A stretch of DNA of 48,663 nt from a virus. Taxonomy: Duplodnaviria > Caudoviricetes. This document shows, in pieces, positions 1 through 8,604 of the stretch. Location of the stretch: positions 1 to 48,663 of the IMG/VR virus record IMGVR_UViG_3300020045_000913. One strand, given 5' to 3'. The position numbers were made by a program, and so were the translations under genes. Below the pieces are notes generated by a model. That model was not told the origin of the DNA, did no database searches, and worked only from the letters and a program-made list of their open reading frames with translations. The number at the start of each line of letters is the position of its first letter. Positions within the stretch are counted from its first letter, which is position 1.

Positions 1-1
1 T

Positions 2-166
2 GGGGCTGCTATGGCTTGGCTAAAGAATCGCCAGCCTAAAACATGGCGTGACAAGCAAGAGATCGACAACACGTCAAGCGATGGCTCAATGACGCCACAA
101 GCGGCGGTTAAGATCGACGCAAGCATGGTTAAGTCGGTGCTTTCAAAACTCAATGCTGACATCTGA
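2..166 (+). CDS. terS: Terminase small subunit, C-terminal part (5'-truncated by window edge)
   Basis: Own translation of frame 2: GAAMAWLKNRQPKTWRDKQEIDNTSSDGSMTPQ...NADI*. AWLKNR..WRDKQE is typical of TerS C-termini, and the ORF overlaps the TerL start. Confidence 0.8.
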   Translation, partial: GAAMAWLKNRQPKTWRDKQEIDNTSSDGSMTPQAAVKIDASMVKSVLSKLNADI

Positions 167-1589
167 AGAAAATCAGATTATCAGTGCGGCGTTAAAAGAA
201 GATCACCTTTTCTTCGCACGCTACTTTTTCAGAATCCGTGAGGGCGTCAAGTTTCGCCTAAACTGGCATCACAAAGCCATTGCAGACGCTTTGCAGTTGG
301 TGATTGATGGAAAGACTAAGCGCCTCATAATCAACGTGCCACCAGGTAGCTCTAAAACAGAGCTTGCCGTGATTAACTTTATAGCCCGTGGCTTGGCCAT
401 TAATCCACGCGCTAGGTTCTTGCACCTTTCGTACTCAAGCGAACTAGCAGAGCTTAATTCAGCTAAAGCCAAGGAGCTTATATGCTCAGCTGAATATCAA
501 GAGCTTTTCCCATTGCCGATTAAGTCTGACTCTAACGCCCGTGGCCGGTGGAATGTGGTTAGTGATGACGGCGTGTCTATTGGTGGATGCTATGCCACGT
601 CAACGCTCGGTCAGGTTACTGGTTTTCGTGCTGGGCATATGGCGTCAGGGTTCCAGGGGGCTATTCTCATAGATGACCCTTTAAAACCTGCTGATAGCCT
701 ATCTAAGACCAAGCGTGATGCTGTCAACAATGCCTTCATTAATACGGTACAAAGCCGAAAGGCGTCACCTGATACGCCTATCATCGTCATCATGCAGCGC
801 CTGGCAGACGAGGATTTGACGGGGTTTCTCACTGGTGGTGGTGATGGCCACGAGTGGACGCACATCAAGATACCTGCGATCGGTCCAAATGGTGAGAGCT
901 ACTGGCCAGAAAAAGAACCTTTGGCAAGCCTATTGCAGCTAAAGGAAAAAGGAAACTTCACGTTTGAAGGGCAGTACCAACAAGAGCCATATGTGCTTGG
1001 TGGAGAGTTGCTTCGTGGTGAATGGTTCGGACGGTATAGCGTCTTGCCTGATTGGCGTGAGTTTTCGCGACGCGCGGTGTTTGCTGATACCGCTATGAAA
1101 ACAGGCGAGCAAAACGATTACACGGTGTTTTTAGACGCTGTATTGCTTCGCACTGGCAAGATATTGATTCTCAATGTGTGGCGTAAGAAAGTAGATGCCG
1201 TGGGCCTATTGGCTATGGCTAAAGACATATGGTCAAGCGTATCGGTTAACAATGGCCGCGAAGCATTGCCGCCTGCGTCAGCTATGTATATCGAGGATAA
1301 GGCCAGCGGGACAGGGTTGATTCAACAGCTACAGCAAAGCAACCAGTTCGTTCCTGTTATCGCTGTACAACGCACAAAAGACAAGCTAACCCGAGTTATG
1401 GAAGTGCAGCCACGGATCCAAGCAGGTGCAGTTCTATTGCCTGAATATGCGCCGTGGGCGGTTGATTTTGTTAGTGAGTGCGAGGCTTTTACAGCCAATG
1501 ACAGCCATAAGCACGATGACCAGATAGACCCATTGGTTGATGCTGTTAATACGTTTCTAGCTGGCACTAGCTGGTCCGTCTGGTCGTAA
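153..1589 (+). CDS. terL: Terminase large subunit
   Basis: Walker A-like INVPPGSSKT, Walker B ILIDDP, IIVIMQRL, C-terminal nuclease with FADTA, YIEDKASG and HDDQID. Confidence 0.95.
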   Translation: MLTSEENQIISAALKEDHLFFARYFFRIREGVKFRLNWHHKAIADALQLVIDGKTKRLIINVPPGSSKTELAVINFIARGLAINPRARFLHLSYSSELAELNSAKAKELICSAEYQELFPLPIKSDSNARGRWNVVSDDGVSIGGCYATSTLGQVTGFRAGHMASGFQGAILIDDPLKPADSLSKTKRDAVNNAFINTVQSRKASPDTPIIVIMQRLADEDLTGFLTGGGDGHEWTHIKIPAIGPNGESYWPEKEPLASLLQLKEKGNFTFEGQYQQEPYVLGGELLRGEWFGRYSVLPDWREFSRRAVFADTAMKTGEQNDYTVFLDAVLLRTGKILILNVWRKKVDAVGLLAMAKDIWSSVSVNNGREALPPASAMYIEDKASGTGLIQQLQQSNQFVPVIAVQRTKDKLTRVMEVQPRIQAGAVLLPEYAPWAVDFVSECEAFTANDSHKHDDQIDPLVDAVNTFLAGTSWSVWS

Positions 1590-1611
1590 AAAAAGCCCCG
1601 AAGGGCTTTGT
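1588..1611. terminator. Bidirectional intrinsic terminator between convergent genes
   Basis: AAAAAAAGCCC-CGAA-GGGCTTTGTT hairpin with A-tract and T-tract. Confidence 0.8.
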
Positions 1612-1938
1612 TTATTGGCCGGTGGCTTTGGCGATGGCTGATCTTGCTTTAATTAAAGCAACTCCAATACAGGAATCAACTGGAGCATTTGAAAAGCATG
1701 TATTCAGCAAGTCCATGCAGTTTTCCAATTCCTCCATCAAGTCAGGCGCTGCGGATATTAGGCGGGCGTTGGACATACTTGGCTCTTGCGTAACTGGGTC
1801 GATTACATCTGCACAAATAGCAGTGTCGTCTTGAGTTTTTGGAGCATATACATAGAATTCAGTAATTTTGAATGGCATTCCTCCAATGGCTGAACCCGCT
1901 TCATTAACTACCCACGGCCCCGGCGTATGCTTACTCAT
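1612..1938 (-). CDS. Hypothetical phage protein (HTPGPW ... NARLIxAAPDL family)
   Basis: MSKHTPGPW and NARLISAAPDLME are motifs common in small phage proteins. Abuts neighbouring ORFs. Confidence 0.75.
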   Translation of the reverse strand: MSKHTPGPWVVNEAGSAIGGMPFKITEFYVYAPKTQDDTAICADVIDPVTQEPSMSNARLISAAPDLMEELENCMDLLNTCFSNAPVDSCIGVALIKARSAIAKATGQ

Positions 1939-2187
1939 TTAACCACCCCACTGCGAAGGAAATGAGTTCAATGATGTCCAGCCATTCTCCACCAACTGAA
2001 ACGCAAGCATCCGATTACCCGCAAACATGAAGTAAAACGACGCCATGTTAAACGTAAGAAAGCTGATAAGCGCAGGGACATACTGCCCACGAATAGCCAA
2101 GGCCATCCATCCGAAGAAAAAGATTGTCCAGCTAAAGCCAACTTTGACTTCTTTAGTCAGGCCGTTTTTGTTGAATTTGATATGCAT
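1939..2187 (-). CDS. Small membrane protein, DUF2628-like
   Basis: KEVKVGFSWTIFFFGW.ALAIRG motif, two hydrophobic segments, C-terminal ENGW. Confidence 0.65.
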   Translation of the reverse strand: MHIKFNKNGLTKEVKVGFSWTIFFFGWMALAIRGQYVPALISFLTFNMASFYFMFAGNRMLAFQLVENGWTSLNSFPSQWGG

Positions 2188-2511
2188 TTAGATTACCTCT
2201 GCTTTGATTAGTTTGCCGGTTTCGGCGTGGAAGGTTAGGTGTAAATTGCTATCGTAACGTGACCCAGTCCACTTAACCTTTGGAGCTTTTACATCTGGGT
2301 TGTCGTCGTAGTCTTTTACGGAATAAAAAAGAACGGGTTCAGGCTTAGGCTCTGGTTTGATGCGCCATTCAAGGTGCGGGTATGAAATAGGGTTTTCAGA
2401 TTGGTATCTGTCATGCCAAGTACCCGTTCCTGGATGTTTAAACTCAAGCTTGATTGACTGATCGTTCAGCCACGCAATTGAAACTTCTGCGTGTTTGTGT
2501 GGTGTTTTCAT
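2188..2511 (-). CDS. Hypothetical protein
   Basis: ORF tightly packed in a minus-strand cluster, AAGGA RBS, MKTPHKHAE start. Confidence 0.7.
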   Translation of the reverse strand: MKTPHKHAEVSIAWLNDQSIKLEFKHPGTGTWHDRYQSENPISYPHLEWRIKPEPKPEPVLFYSVKDYDDNPDVKAPKVKWTGSRYDSNLHLTFHAETGKLIKAEVI

Positions 2512-2557
2512 GATTTTTCCTTTAAATGCCCCGTAGGTAGGTTGATTAAGATGGACT

Positions 2558-2788
2558 TTACTTGCGCTTCTGGTTAAGTTCGCGCTTCCACTGCGCCCCT
2601 CTTGGAGGCTTTGAATATACTGGAAATTCGGGAAAAATCTTTATTTGTGGATATGGCTTGGAATTCTTTGGTAGACGTCCGAATCTGGCAATGCAAATAT
2701 CCACTTGGAATGGCAGTAAATAAAACGGTCCATTACCAATAGACTCTAGGCGCATCATCTCCTCATCTGGTGTTAGTTCCTCGTTCAT
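2558..2788 (-). CDS. Hypothetical protein
   Basis: First ORF of the minus-strand insert, downstream of an extended -10 promoter, GAAGGG RBS. Confidence 0.6.
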   Translation of the reverse strand: MNEELTPDEEMMRLESIGNGPFYLLPFQVDICIARFGRLPKNSKPYPQIKIFPEFPVYSKPPRGAQWKRELNQKRK

Positions 2789-2815
2789 TTGGTGCCCTTC
2801 GTTTTTGATGTGTCA

Positions 2816-2884
2816 ATTGTAGCGCAAACAATCACACTTTTCTCACTTTCCCTATTTATTTTGCAAATATAGGGAAAACCCCTA
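2816..2884. promoter_or_regulatory. Divergent promoter region: minus-strand TGCGC-TACAAT extended -10, plus TAGGGAAAACCCCTA palindromic motif
   Basis: ATTGTAGCGCA at 2816-2826 and the palindrome at 2870-2884. Both motifs recur elsewhere in the window. Confidence 0.6.
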
Positions 2885-2894
2885 GAATTAGCCT

Positions 2895-4259
2895 ATGACT
2901 AAACCAACTGGCAAACCCGTAGGACGACCACGCAAAGACGCTACACAGCGTGATGACGGGCCTTACATGAACGTGATTTCATCGCTTGGATCAAGCCGTG
3001 ACAGTGGCGGCTACACCAAAGCATCGCCCGTGCGCTACTTCACGGAACTAGAGCTAACAGACCTATACATCGGCGACGGCTTCGCACGACGCATTGTGGA
3101 CGTTACAGCCACTGATATGACGCGGGCCGGGTTTTGTATTGAAGTCGAGGGGCAAGATGAGAGCAAAGAGGAGTCAGCCTATGCGCCCGTGATGGCCCGC
3201 CTTGAAGAGTTGCACGCCGATGAGAGACTGACTGACGCACTCAAGCTAGAGGCTATCTTTGGTGGCTCTATGATCGTCATGGGTGTCAAGGATGGCGGCC
3301 AACTGGAAGAGCCATTGAACGATCGGGCCGTGCAAGACATCGAGTTCCTGCGAGTCTATGACCGCTATCACGTCTCACGCATGGAAAAGTACACCGACCC
3401 GGCTGACGTGCGTTATGGACAGACAAAGACATACCTAGTTAGCCCGTCGAATGCTACGCCTTACACCGTGCATGAATCGCGCTGCTTGATCTTTCCAGGC
3501 GAGTTCGTCCCCGAGTCTATGCGTGACCTACAGGATGGCTGGGGTGTGTCTGCGTTGGCTAAGTGCTGGTATCAGTTGCAGCGTCTGGGTGTTAGCCACC
3601 AATGGGCCGAGAAGCTATTGGAGAAGTCACAGCAAGCCGTGGCTAAGTTCAGCGGGTTGTCGCAGCAGCTTATGGCACCAGGCGGCCAGCAAGCGGTTAT
3701 TAATCGTTTGAATATGCTGGACATGAGCCGTAACGCTATCAACTCTGTTGCCATAGATGCCTTAGACGAATACACCATCACATCAAACAGCTTCACAGGA
3801 TTACCCGACCTTCTGGACCGCTTTGCACAGGCTTTAAGTGCCGTTACAGGGATGCCGAAGACGCTGTTAATGGGTGAGCAGTCCAAAGGGCTTAACAACT
3901 CACAACAGGGCGACTTGCAGAACTGGTATTCAAGCATTGAGCAGAAGCAGCGCACGCAACTCTTGCAGCCGATTGACCGCTTGGTTACTTTGCTTTCAAT
4001 ATCAAAAGGAATTTCAGAGCAGAACTACCTGATTGAGTTTGAAGGCTTGGACATCCCAGACGAAAAGACTGAGGCTGAGACTGAAAAGCTAGAAGCTGAA
4101 AAAGACAAGATCAAGGCTGACACTGCCGCCGTGTATGTGACAGCTGGCGCACTTGACCCTTCGGAGCTTCGCCAGACGTTGATCGAGGATGGTAAGTACA
4201 TCATGGATGCTAGTATTCAGATTATGCAGGCGGAAGACAATCCAGAACCATCGGCATGA
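2895..4259 (+). CDS. Portal protein (DUF1073-like)
   Basis: 454 aa, first head gene after TerL. ARRIVD...DMTR, GMPKTLLMGEQSKGLN...DLQNWY pattern. Confidence 0.88.
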   Translation: MTKPTGKPVGRPRKDATQRDDGPYMNVISSLGSSRDSGGYTKASPVRYFTELELTDLYIGDGFARRIVDVTATDMTRAGFCIEVEGQDESKEESAYAPVMARLEELHADERLTDALKLEAIFGGSMIVMGVKDGGQLEEPLNDRAVQDIEFLRVYDRYHVSRMEKYTDPADVRYGQTKTYLVSPSNATPYTVHESRCLIFPGEFVPESMRDLQDGWGVSALAKCWYQLQRLGVSHQWAEKLLEKSQQAVAKFSGLSQQLMAPGGQQAVINRLNMLDMSRNAINSVAIDALDEYTITSNSFTGLPDLLDRFAQALSAVTGMPKTLLMGEQSKGLNNSQQGDLQNWYSSIEQKQRTQLLQPIDRLVTLLSISKGISEQNYLIEFEGLDIPDEKTEAETEKLEAEKDKIKADTAAVYVTAGALDPSELRQTLIEDGKYIMDASIQIMQAEDNPEPSA

Positions 4260-5242
4260 TTCAATACCCATACTCTCAAGAGCGTGAATATCAGCGTTTT
4301 GTAAAAGCCATTTTTACAAGCGTTGCGATGATTGCTAAGGGCGCTATTCTGCCTAATATTAGCAAGTGGATAGCGATTAGAAAGGATGAAGAAGAGCCGG
4401 AAAAAGAGTCTTCATTTGCTGAAGAGTTAGCCGCGCTTATTTATGTCTTACTATTCATTGGCAAGATAAATTCAATGCAAAAACAAGTGCTGCTAGACAT
4501 CGCAAAGTCTGTTTCAACGTTTACAGCAAGGCAATTACAGCTATCACTTCAGAAGCAATATGGTGTATCAATACCATACACACCAAAGAAAGCTGCCATC
4601 GCTGATTGGATATACATCCAAAGCATAACAATTGACGGGCGGATTCAGCAATTCGCAAATGGCGTTAATCAGGCTGTAAGTAATGGCGTTATGAATGGCT
4701 TGCCAAGGACTGAGATCATAGGCGACATAAAGAAGCTATCAGACAAGCTGATTGAAGGCGCAGCGTTCGTCGCAGGCAATGGAGTCGGTAACTTGGCTGC
4801 TGACACGTCAAAAAACATGATGGAAGACGCTACTATTTATAAGTATGCGTGGATAACCCAGCGTGATGAACGTGTTCGGCCTACTCACAAAGAACGCCAC
4901 GGGAAGATATTCGACTGGCGTAAGCCGCCAGAAGACGGGCACCCAGGCCAGCCTTATTTGTGCCGGTGCGTAGCATCTCCAGTGATTGAAAAAGATCAGA
5001 AGCTGGAGATCAATGTAACTTCACAGAAGGCTTATGATTTGACCGTGTATCGCAAAGGCGTTACAGGTACTCAAAGGCCCGAGCGAGATAAGAAGTACGC
5101 GGCTATCCTGCGAAGTGGTGTAATGAGTGCAGACGAGGTGAAGGAGCTATCGTTAAACCCATCGGCTGCTGATTCAATTTATCAGAAGATAATAATGTCA
5201 GGTCGATACAGTTCTGACGCATTGCAAAAATTAAAAGGTTGA
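4256..5242 (+). CDS. Head morphogenesis / minor head protein (Mu gpF / SPP1 gp7-like)
   Basis: YAWITQRDERVRPTH...HGKIFDW...HPGQPYLCRC signature, directly after the portal. Confidence 0.85.
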   Translation: MIQYPYSQEREYQRFVKAIFTSVAMIAKGAILPNISKWIAIRKDEEEPEKESSFAEELAALIYVLLFIGKINSMQKQVLLDIAKSVSTFTARQLQLSLQKQYGVSIPYTPKKAAIADWIYIQSITIDGRIQQFANGVNQAVSNGVMNGLPRTEIIGDIKKLSDKLIEGAAFVAGNGVGNLAADTSKNMMEDATIYKYAWITQRDERVRPTHKERHGKIFDWRKPPEDGHPGQPYLCRCVASPVIEKDQKLEINVTSQKAYDLTVYRKGVTGTQRPERDKKYAAILRSGVMSADEVKELSLNPSAADSIYQKIIMSGRYSSDALQKLKG

Positions 5243-5243
5243 T

Positions 5244-5747
5244 ATGGCTACAAAGCACAAATATGTTACTGACAATCGCAAAGAATACGACAAAATCATG
5301 CGCGAGTTTACAAACGCAGGACGTATTGAAGTCACAGTTGGATTGCATGAAGATTTAGGAGTGCATCCGGGGCCAAATAATGACGACAACTTGACTTATG
5401 CACAGATTGGATCAATCCAAGAGTTTGGGGCCACTGTAAGGCATCCAGACGGAGCGCCAATTGATATTCCTTCACGACCGTTCACGGCTTCTACATTTGA
5501 CAAAAACAAGTCAAAAATCATAGCTGATATTGTCGAAATGCAGAAAAAGCTAGTGGCTGGACAAAGCGCAAAGGCAAGCGCGAGGATTGTTGGCGAGAAT
5601 CACGAAGCCCGTCAAAAAGCAGCTATGACGGCATGGAGTACACCGCCTAACTCAGCGCGGACAGTAAAACTCAAAGGCTTCAATGATCCACTTGTCCACA
5701 CTGGAGCCATGATTAAAGGCGTTGGAACCAAGGTTAACGGGAAGTAA
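5244..5747 (+). CDS. Putative neck/virion morphogenesis protein, paralog of 13113-13565
   Basis: EFG...IPSRPF...LVHTGAM motifs are shared with the 13113 ORF. Confidence 0.7.
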   Translation: MATKHKYVTDNRKEYDKIMREFTNAGRIEVTVGLHEDLGVHPGPNNDDNLTYAQIGSIQEFGATVRHPDGAPIDIPSRPFTASTFDKNKSKIIADIVEMQKKLVAGQSAKASARIVGENHEARQKAAMTAWSTPPNSARTVKLKGFNDPLVHTGAMIKGVGTKVNGK

Positions 5748-5843
5748 TGGTGCCGAGCTTCACTTGCTCTGCCTGAGTTCTAACAATGTATAGCAATGTC
5801 TAACTAGTTCTAAGGTGTTTTGGTTAGAACTGGTTAGATTTGG

Positions 5844-6593
5844 TTATATTGAGCAAATCAAGCAACCCTGTCCAGATTCATTTCTAAACTTTCCACCTTT
5901 GCTAGTCCAAACTGATTTATTTATTTGCTCTGAAACAATCATTACATTTTTAAATTGTGACCTACCAAAATCATCGTGTGTGAATGCTTTTTCTTTCCAT
6001 TGATCACCTCCAGCAAGACAAGGAAAGCATCCAACACGATCAAACCCTTGTGCATACAATGGGTTTTCTTGTCCTTCTAAAAAAGAAAATACTTCATCAG
6101 TTGTCCAATCAAGAACAGCTAGACGAAATTTAATTCCCATTTTCCCAAGATATTTAGGATATTTGCTTGGCATAACTTCATGCGGTAGATAAAGCTCCTC
6201 TGATTCTTTGAACTCATATAACTTTTCTCTAGCGCTTGATTCACCGCTTCTCATTCCGTACCAAACTTCAAATCCACCTTGTTTTTCAGCTAGTGATTTA
6301 ATGTAATGCTTGGTTGGTTGAATTTTTAGATAATCTGTGCAATGCCTGCTACCGCCTCCAGGGAACCTTCCCCATTTTTCAGATTGCTGCAAAACAGAGC
6401 CCATGCAAACTGTATCTATTTCAACATCATAAAAATCACGCATCCACTGGACGTGCTTATACGTCAAAGGATGTTCAAATTGCGTATCGCAAAAAATACC
6501 AAGTATTTCTTCTTTTTTGAATCTTTGAGTTGCTAACTTTAGGCAAGCCTGAGAATCTTTCCCGCCAGAAACGGGAATAACAACTTTAATCAT
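5844..6593 (-). CDS. PAPS-reductase-family (PP-loop adenine nucleotide alpha-hydrolase) protein
   Basis: VSGGKDS PP-loop, FCDTQFEHP, RHCTDYLKIQP, GMRSGES..R, NPLY..GFDRVGCFPC. Confidence 0.85.
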   Translation of the reverse strand: MIKVVIPVSGGKDSQACLKLATQRFKKEEILGIFCDTQFEHPLTYKHVQWMRDFYDVEIDTVCMGSVLQQSEKWGRFPGGGSRHCTDYLKIQPTKHYIKSLAEKQGGFEVWYGMRSGESSAREKLYEFKESEELYLPHEVMPSKYPKYLGKMGIKFRLAVLDWTTDEVFSFLEGQENPLYAQGFDRVGCFPCLAGGDQWKEKAFTHDDFGRSQFKNVMIVSEQINKSVWTSKGGKFRNESGQGCLICSI

Positions 6594-6796
6594 GATCCAT
6601 CCCTAGCCAACAACAACGACTCAATAGCCACCCCAGCCAACTGAATCTCAAGCGCCCGCCATAGGATAGCTGTCGTGCTGGCGCTGTAGTCCATTGGCAA
6701 TACGCCATCCATATCGGCCAAGCACTGGTGAGCGCAGCCTATTACGGCGTGAGCGCATAGGGTTTCTTGGTTATTTGTCATCGGTTGATTCGTCAA
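6590..6796 (-). CDS. Hypothetical protein
   Basis: Overlaps both neighbours in an operon-like arrangement. Confidence 0.5.
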   Translation of the reverse strand: MTNQPMTNNQETLCAHAVIGCAHQCLADMDGVLPMDYSASTTAILWRALEIQLAGVAIESLLLARDGS

Positions 6797-6947
6797 GACG
6801 TTTTTTAGCGTACTGGGCGCAGCTTCCGCAGATATTTACGCCGGGTTGACCGCTGAACATGTGATCTACTTTAGACTCTTTTGCGCCGCAGAATGAGCAG
6901 GCTCGCTCTTTCACTTGGGGCTTTTGGAATGGGATGATGTTTTGCAT
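6771..6947 (-). CDS. Stand-alone ClpX-type C4 zinc finger protein
   Basis: CSFCG...MFSG.PGVNICGSC. Start reassigned to ATG 6947 (MQNIIPF), just downstream of an extended -10-like element. Confidence 0.7.
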   Translation of the reverse strand: MQNIIPFQKPQVKERACSFCGAKESKVDHMFSGQPGVNICGSCAQYAKKRLDESTDDK

Positions 6948-6982
6948 AAACCAACTATGCCACAAGATAAAAGTTTTTATAT

Positions 6983-7003
6983 TAGGGTTTTCACCGATTG
7001 ACA
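6983..7003. promoter_or_regulatory. Conserved motif TAGGGTTTTCACCGATTGACA upstream of the head protease gene
   Basis: Near-identical to 15572-15593 and ends in a TTGACA hexamer. Confidence 0.6.
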
Positions 7004-7048
7004 TTGCATTTATTTGCATTAGGTTTTGCTATATGATATAAACTCAAT

Positions 7049-8131
7049 ATGACCGTTCAAAGATACGATTTTGCTCAATTGAAAGCCACCAAGACCGATG
7101 AAGGGTTTTTGGTGGATACGCCAATTGTCGGGCGCGTTGGCATTCAGACGTACATTAATGCAGACGGGACGACTAGAAAAGAGTATCGCCCGGCTGAAGA
7201 GGTGTTCCATCCTGACGCACTGGCGAGCATGGTAGGTAAGCCTATCACTGACGCGCACCCCAATGGCAAGGTGACAGCGGCTAACTTCAAGAAGCTGACT
7301 ATTGGCACAATTTTGGGCGCTGGAAAACAGGACGGAGATAACGTCCGTGTTGACATCATCATCCAAGATGCCGAAGCCATTATCAAGGCTGAAAAAGGCG
7401 GCGTGCGTGAGTTGTCGCTTGGCTATACCGTTGACTTGGACGAAACACCGGGTGAGTTCAATGGTGAGAAGTACGATGCCATTCAAAAGAATATCAAAGT
7501 AAATCATTTGGCGCTTGTGCCAAAAGGTCGGGCGGGTAATGCCCGGCTTAATCTTGACCGCTTTGATGCGGTCGCTTTCACGGAGGACGTAATGTCTGAC
7601 AAACTTGGCCGCGTGCGGCTTGATAACGGCATCGAATATGATGCTGCCCCCGAGGTAGTGCACGCGCTGGACAAGTTGCGTGATGATGCTGCTTTGTTTA
7701 AAACCCAGTCCGAAGCCTCCAAAGCCGACGCTGAAAAGCTGTCCGGTGAGCGTGACACGCTCAAAGCCCGTGTCGATGCTTTCCCCGCTGAACTGGCCAA
7801 GGTCAAGACTGACGCGCTGGATTCTGCCCGTGCCGAGATCAAGGCCCGCGCTGAGCTGGACAAAGCTGCCGAAGGCTTCAAGGTCGATTGCGATGGCAAG
7901 TCTGACCGTGAAGTCAAAGAAGCCGTGATTAAGGCCGTTCGCGCTGATGCCGACCTGGTTGGTAAGTCTGACGAATACGTCAATGCGGCTTTTGATATGT
8001 CGGTCAGTATGAAAGCTGATACGGCTATGCAAGGGCAGCGTAAACAGGTGCTGAATGTGGACGCAGTTAAGCCTGAACCACGTAGCGACTACAAAACATT
8101 TATGTCTAATCTCGGTAAAAAGAAGGAATAA
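7049..8131 (+). CDS. Capsid maturation protease/scaffold (DUF2213-like)
   Basis: GKPITDAHP, RELSLGY, NHLALVPKGRAG motifs, followed by a coiled-coil scaffold region. Confidence 0.88.
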   Translation: MTVQRYDFAQLKATKTDEGFLVDTPIVGRVGIQTYINADGTTRKEYRPAEEVFHPDALASMVGKPITDAHPNGKVTAANFKKLTIGTILGAGKQDGDNVRVDIIIQDAEAIIKAEKGGVRELSLGYTVDLDETPGEFNGEKYDAIQKNIKVNHLALVPKGRAGNARLNLDRFDAVAFTEDVMSDKLGRVRLDNGIEYDAAPEVVHALDKLRDDAALFKTQSEASKADAEKLSGERDTLKARVDAFPAELAKVKTDALDSARAEIKARAELDKAAEGFKVDCDGKSDREVKEAVIKAVRADADLVGKSDEYVNAAFDMSVSMKADTAMQGQRKQVLNVDAVKPEPRSDYKTFMSNLGKKKE

Positions 8132-8137
8132 ACCATC

Positions 8138-8593
8138 ATGCCACAAACCTCTATTACTCAATACAGCGCACAGGCTTACGCCGGTATGTTGTCGGGCGTT
8201 GAAGCCCATGACGTTTCATCCTTCGCGGCTGAAGAGATCATGCCAATCGCATACCCCGTTATGCGCGGCACTGACCCTGCAAAACAAGTCAAGAAAGCCA
8301 CCACTGGTGCGGCTGCTTTTGGTTTCGCTTTGCATGACCACTCGCTGATTCAAACCAGTGCAGGCGTTGTGCAATACGCGGCTAAAGAAACCGTTTCCGT
8401 GCTTCGCAAAGGCTGGTTCTGGGTGCCTACTTCTGATGCTGTTGTTGCTGGCGCCGTTGCCAACTTGACCACTGCTACCGGCGCTCTGACTGATGCAGCC
8501 GTGGCCGCTGGTATCGAGGCGTTCACAAAAATCGTTGTGACTTTTGAAACCTCTACAACTGGTGCCGGTTTGGCTCTGGTTTCCGTTAAATAA
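8138..8593 (+). CDS. Head decoration / cement protein
   Basis: 151 aa, Ala/Gly/Thr-rich, VSVLRKGWFWV, located between protease and major capsid gene. Confidence 0.75.
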   Translation: MPQTSITQYSAQAYAGMLSGVEAHDVSSFAAEEIMPIAYPVMRGTDPAKQVKKATTGAAAFGFALHDHSLIQTSAGVVQYAAKETVSVLRKGWFWVPTSDAVVAGAVANLTTATGALTDAAVAAGIEAFTKIVVTFETSTTGAGLALVSVK

Positions 8594-8604
8594 GGATACA
8601 CATC

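Noticed and set aside
2895-4259. Anti-CBASS (Acb1) label sometimes attached to DUF1073-like proteins
   Set aside because: Size, position and motifs fit a portal, and no separate HxT/HxS phosphodiesterase domain was seen.
5748-5775. Possible tRNA 3' remnant (minus strand GAGC-AAGTGAA-GCTC-GGCACCA)
   Set aside because: No matching 5' acceptor strand, D arm or TTC loop, so it is probably chance.
5844-6593. Calling the gene cysH (sulfur-assimilation auxiliary gene) or a full Dnd system
   Set aside because: It lacks the C-terminal ECGLH motif and no other cys or dnd genes are present, so only a family-level call is supported.
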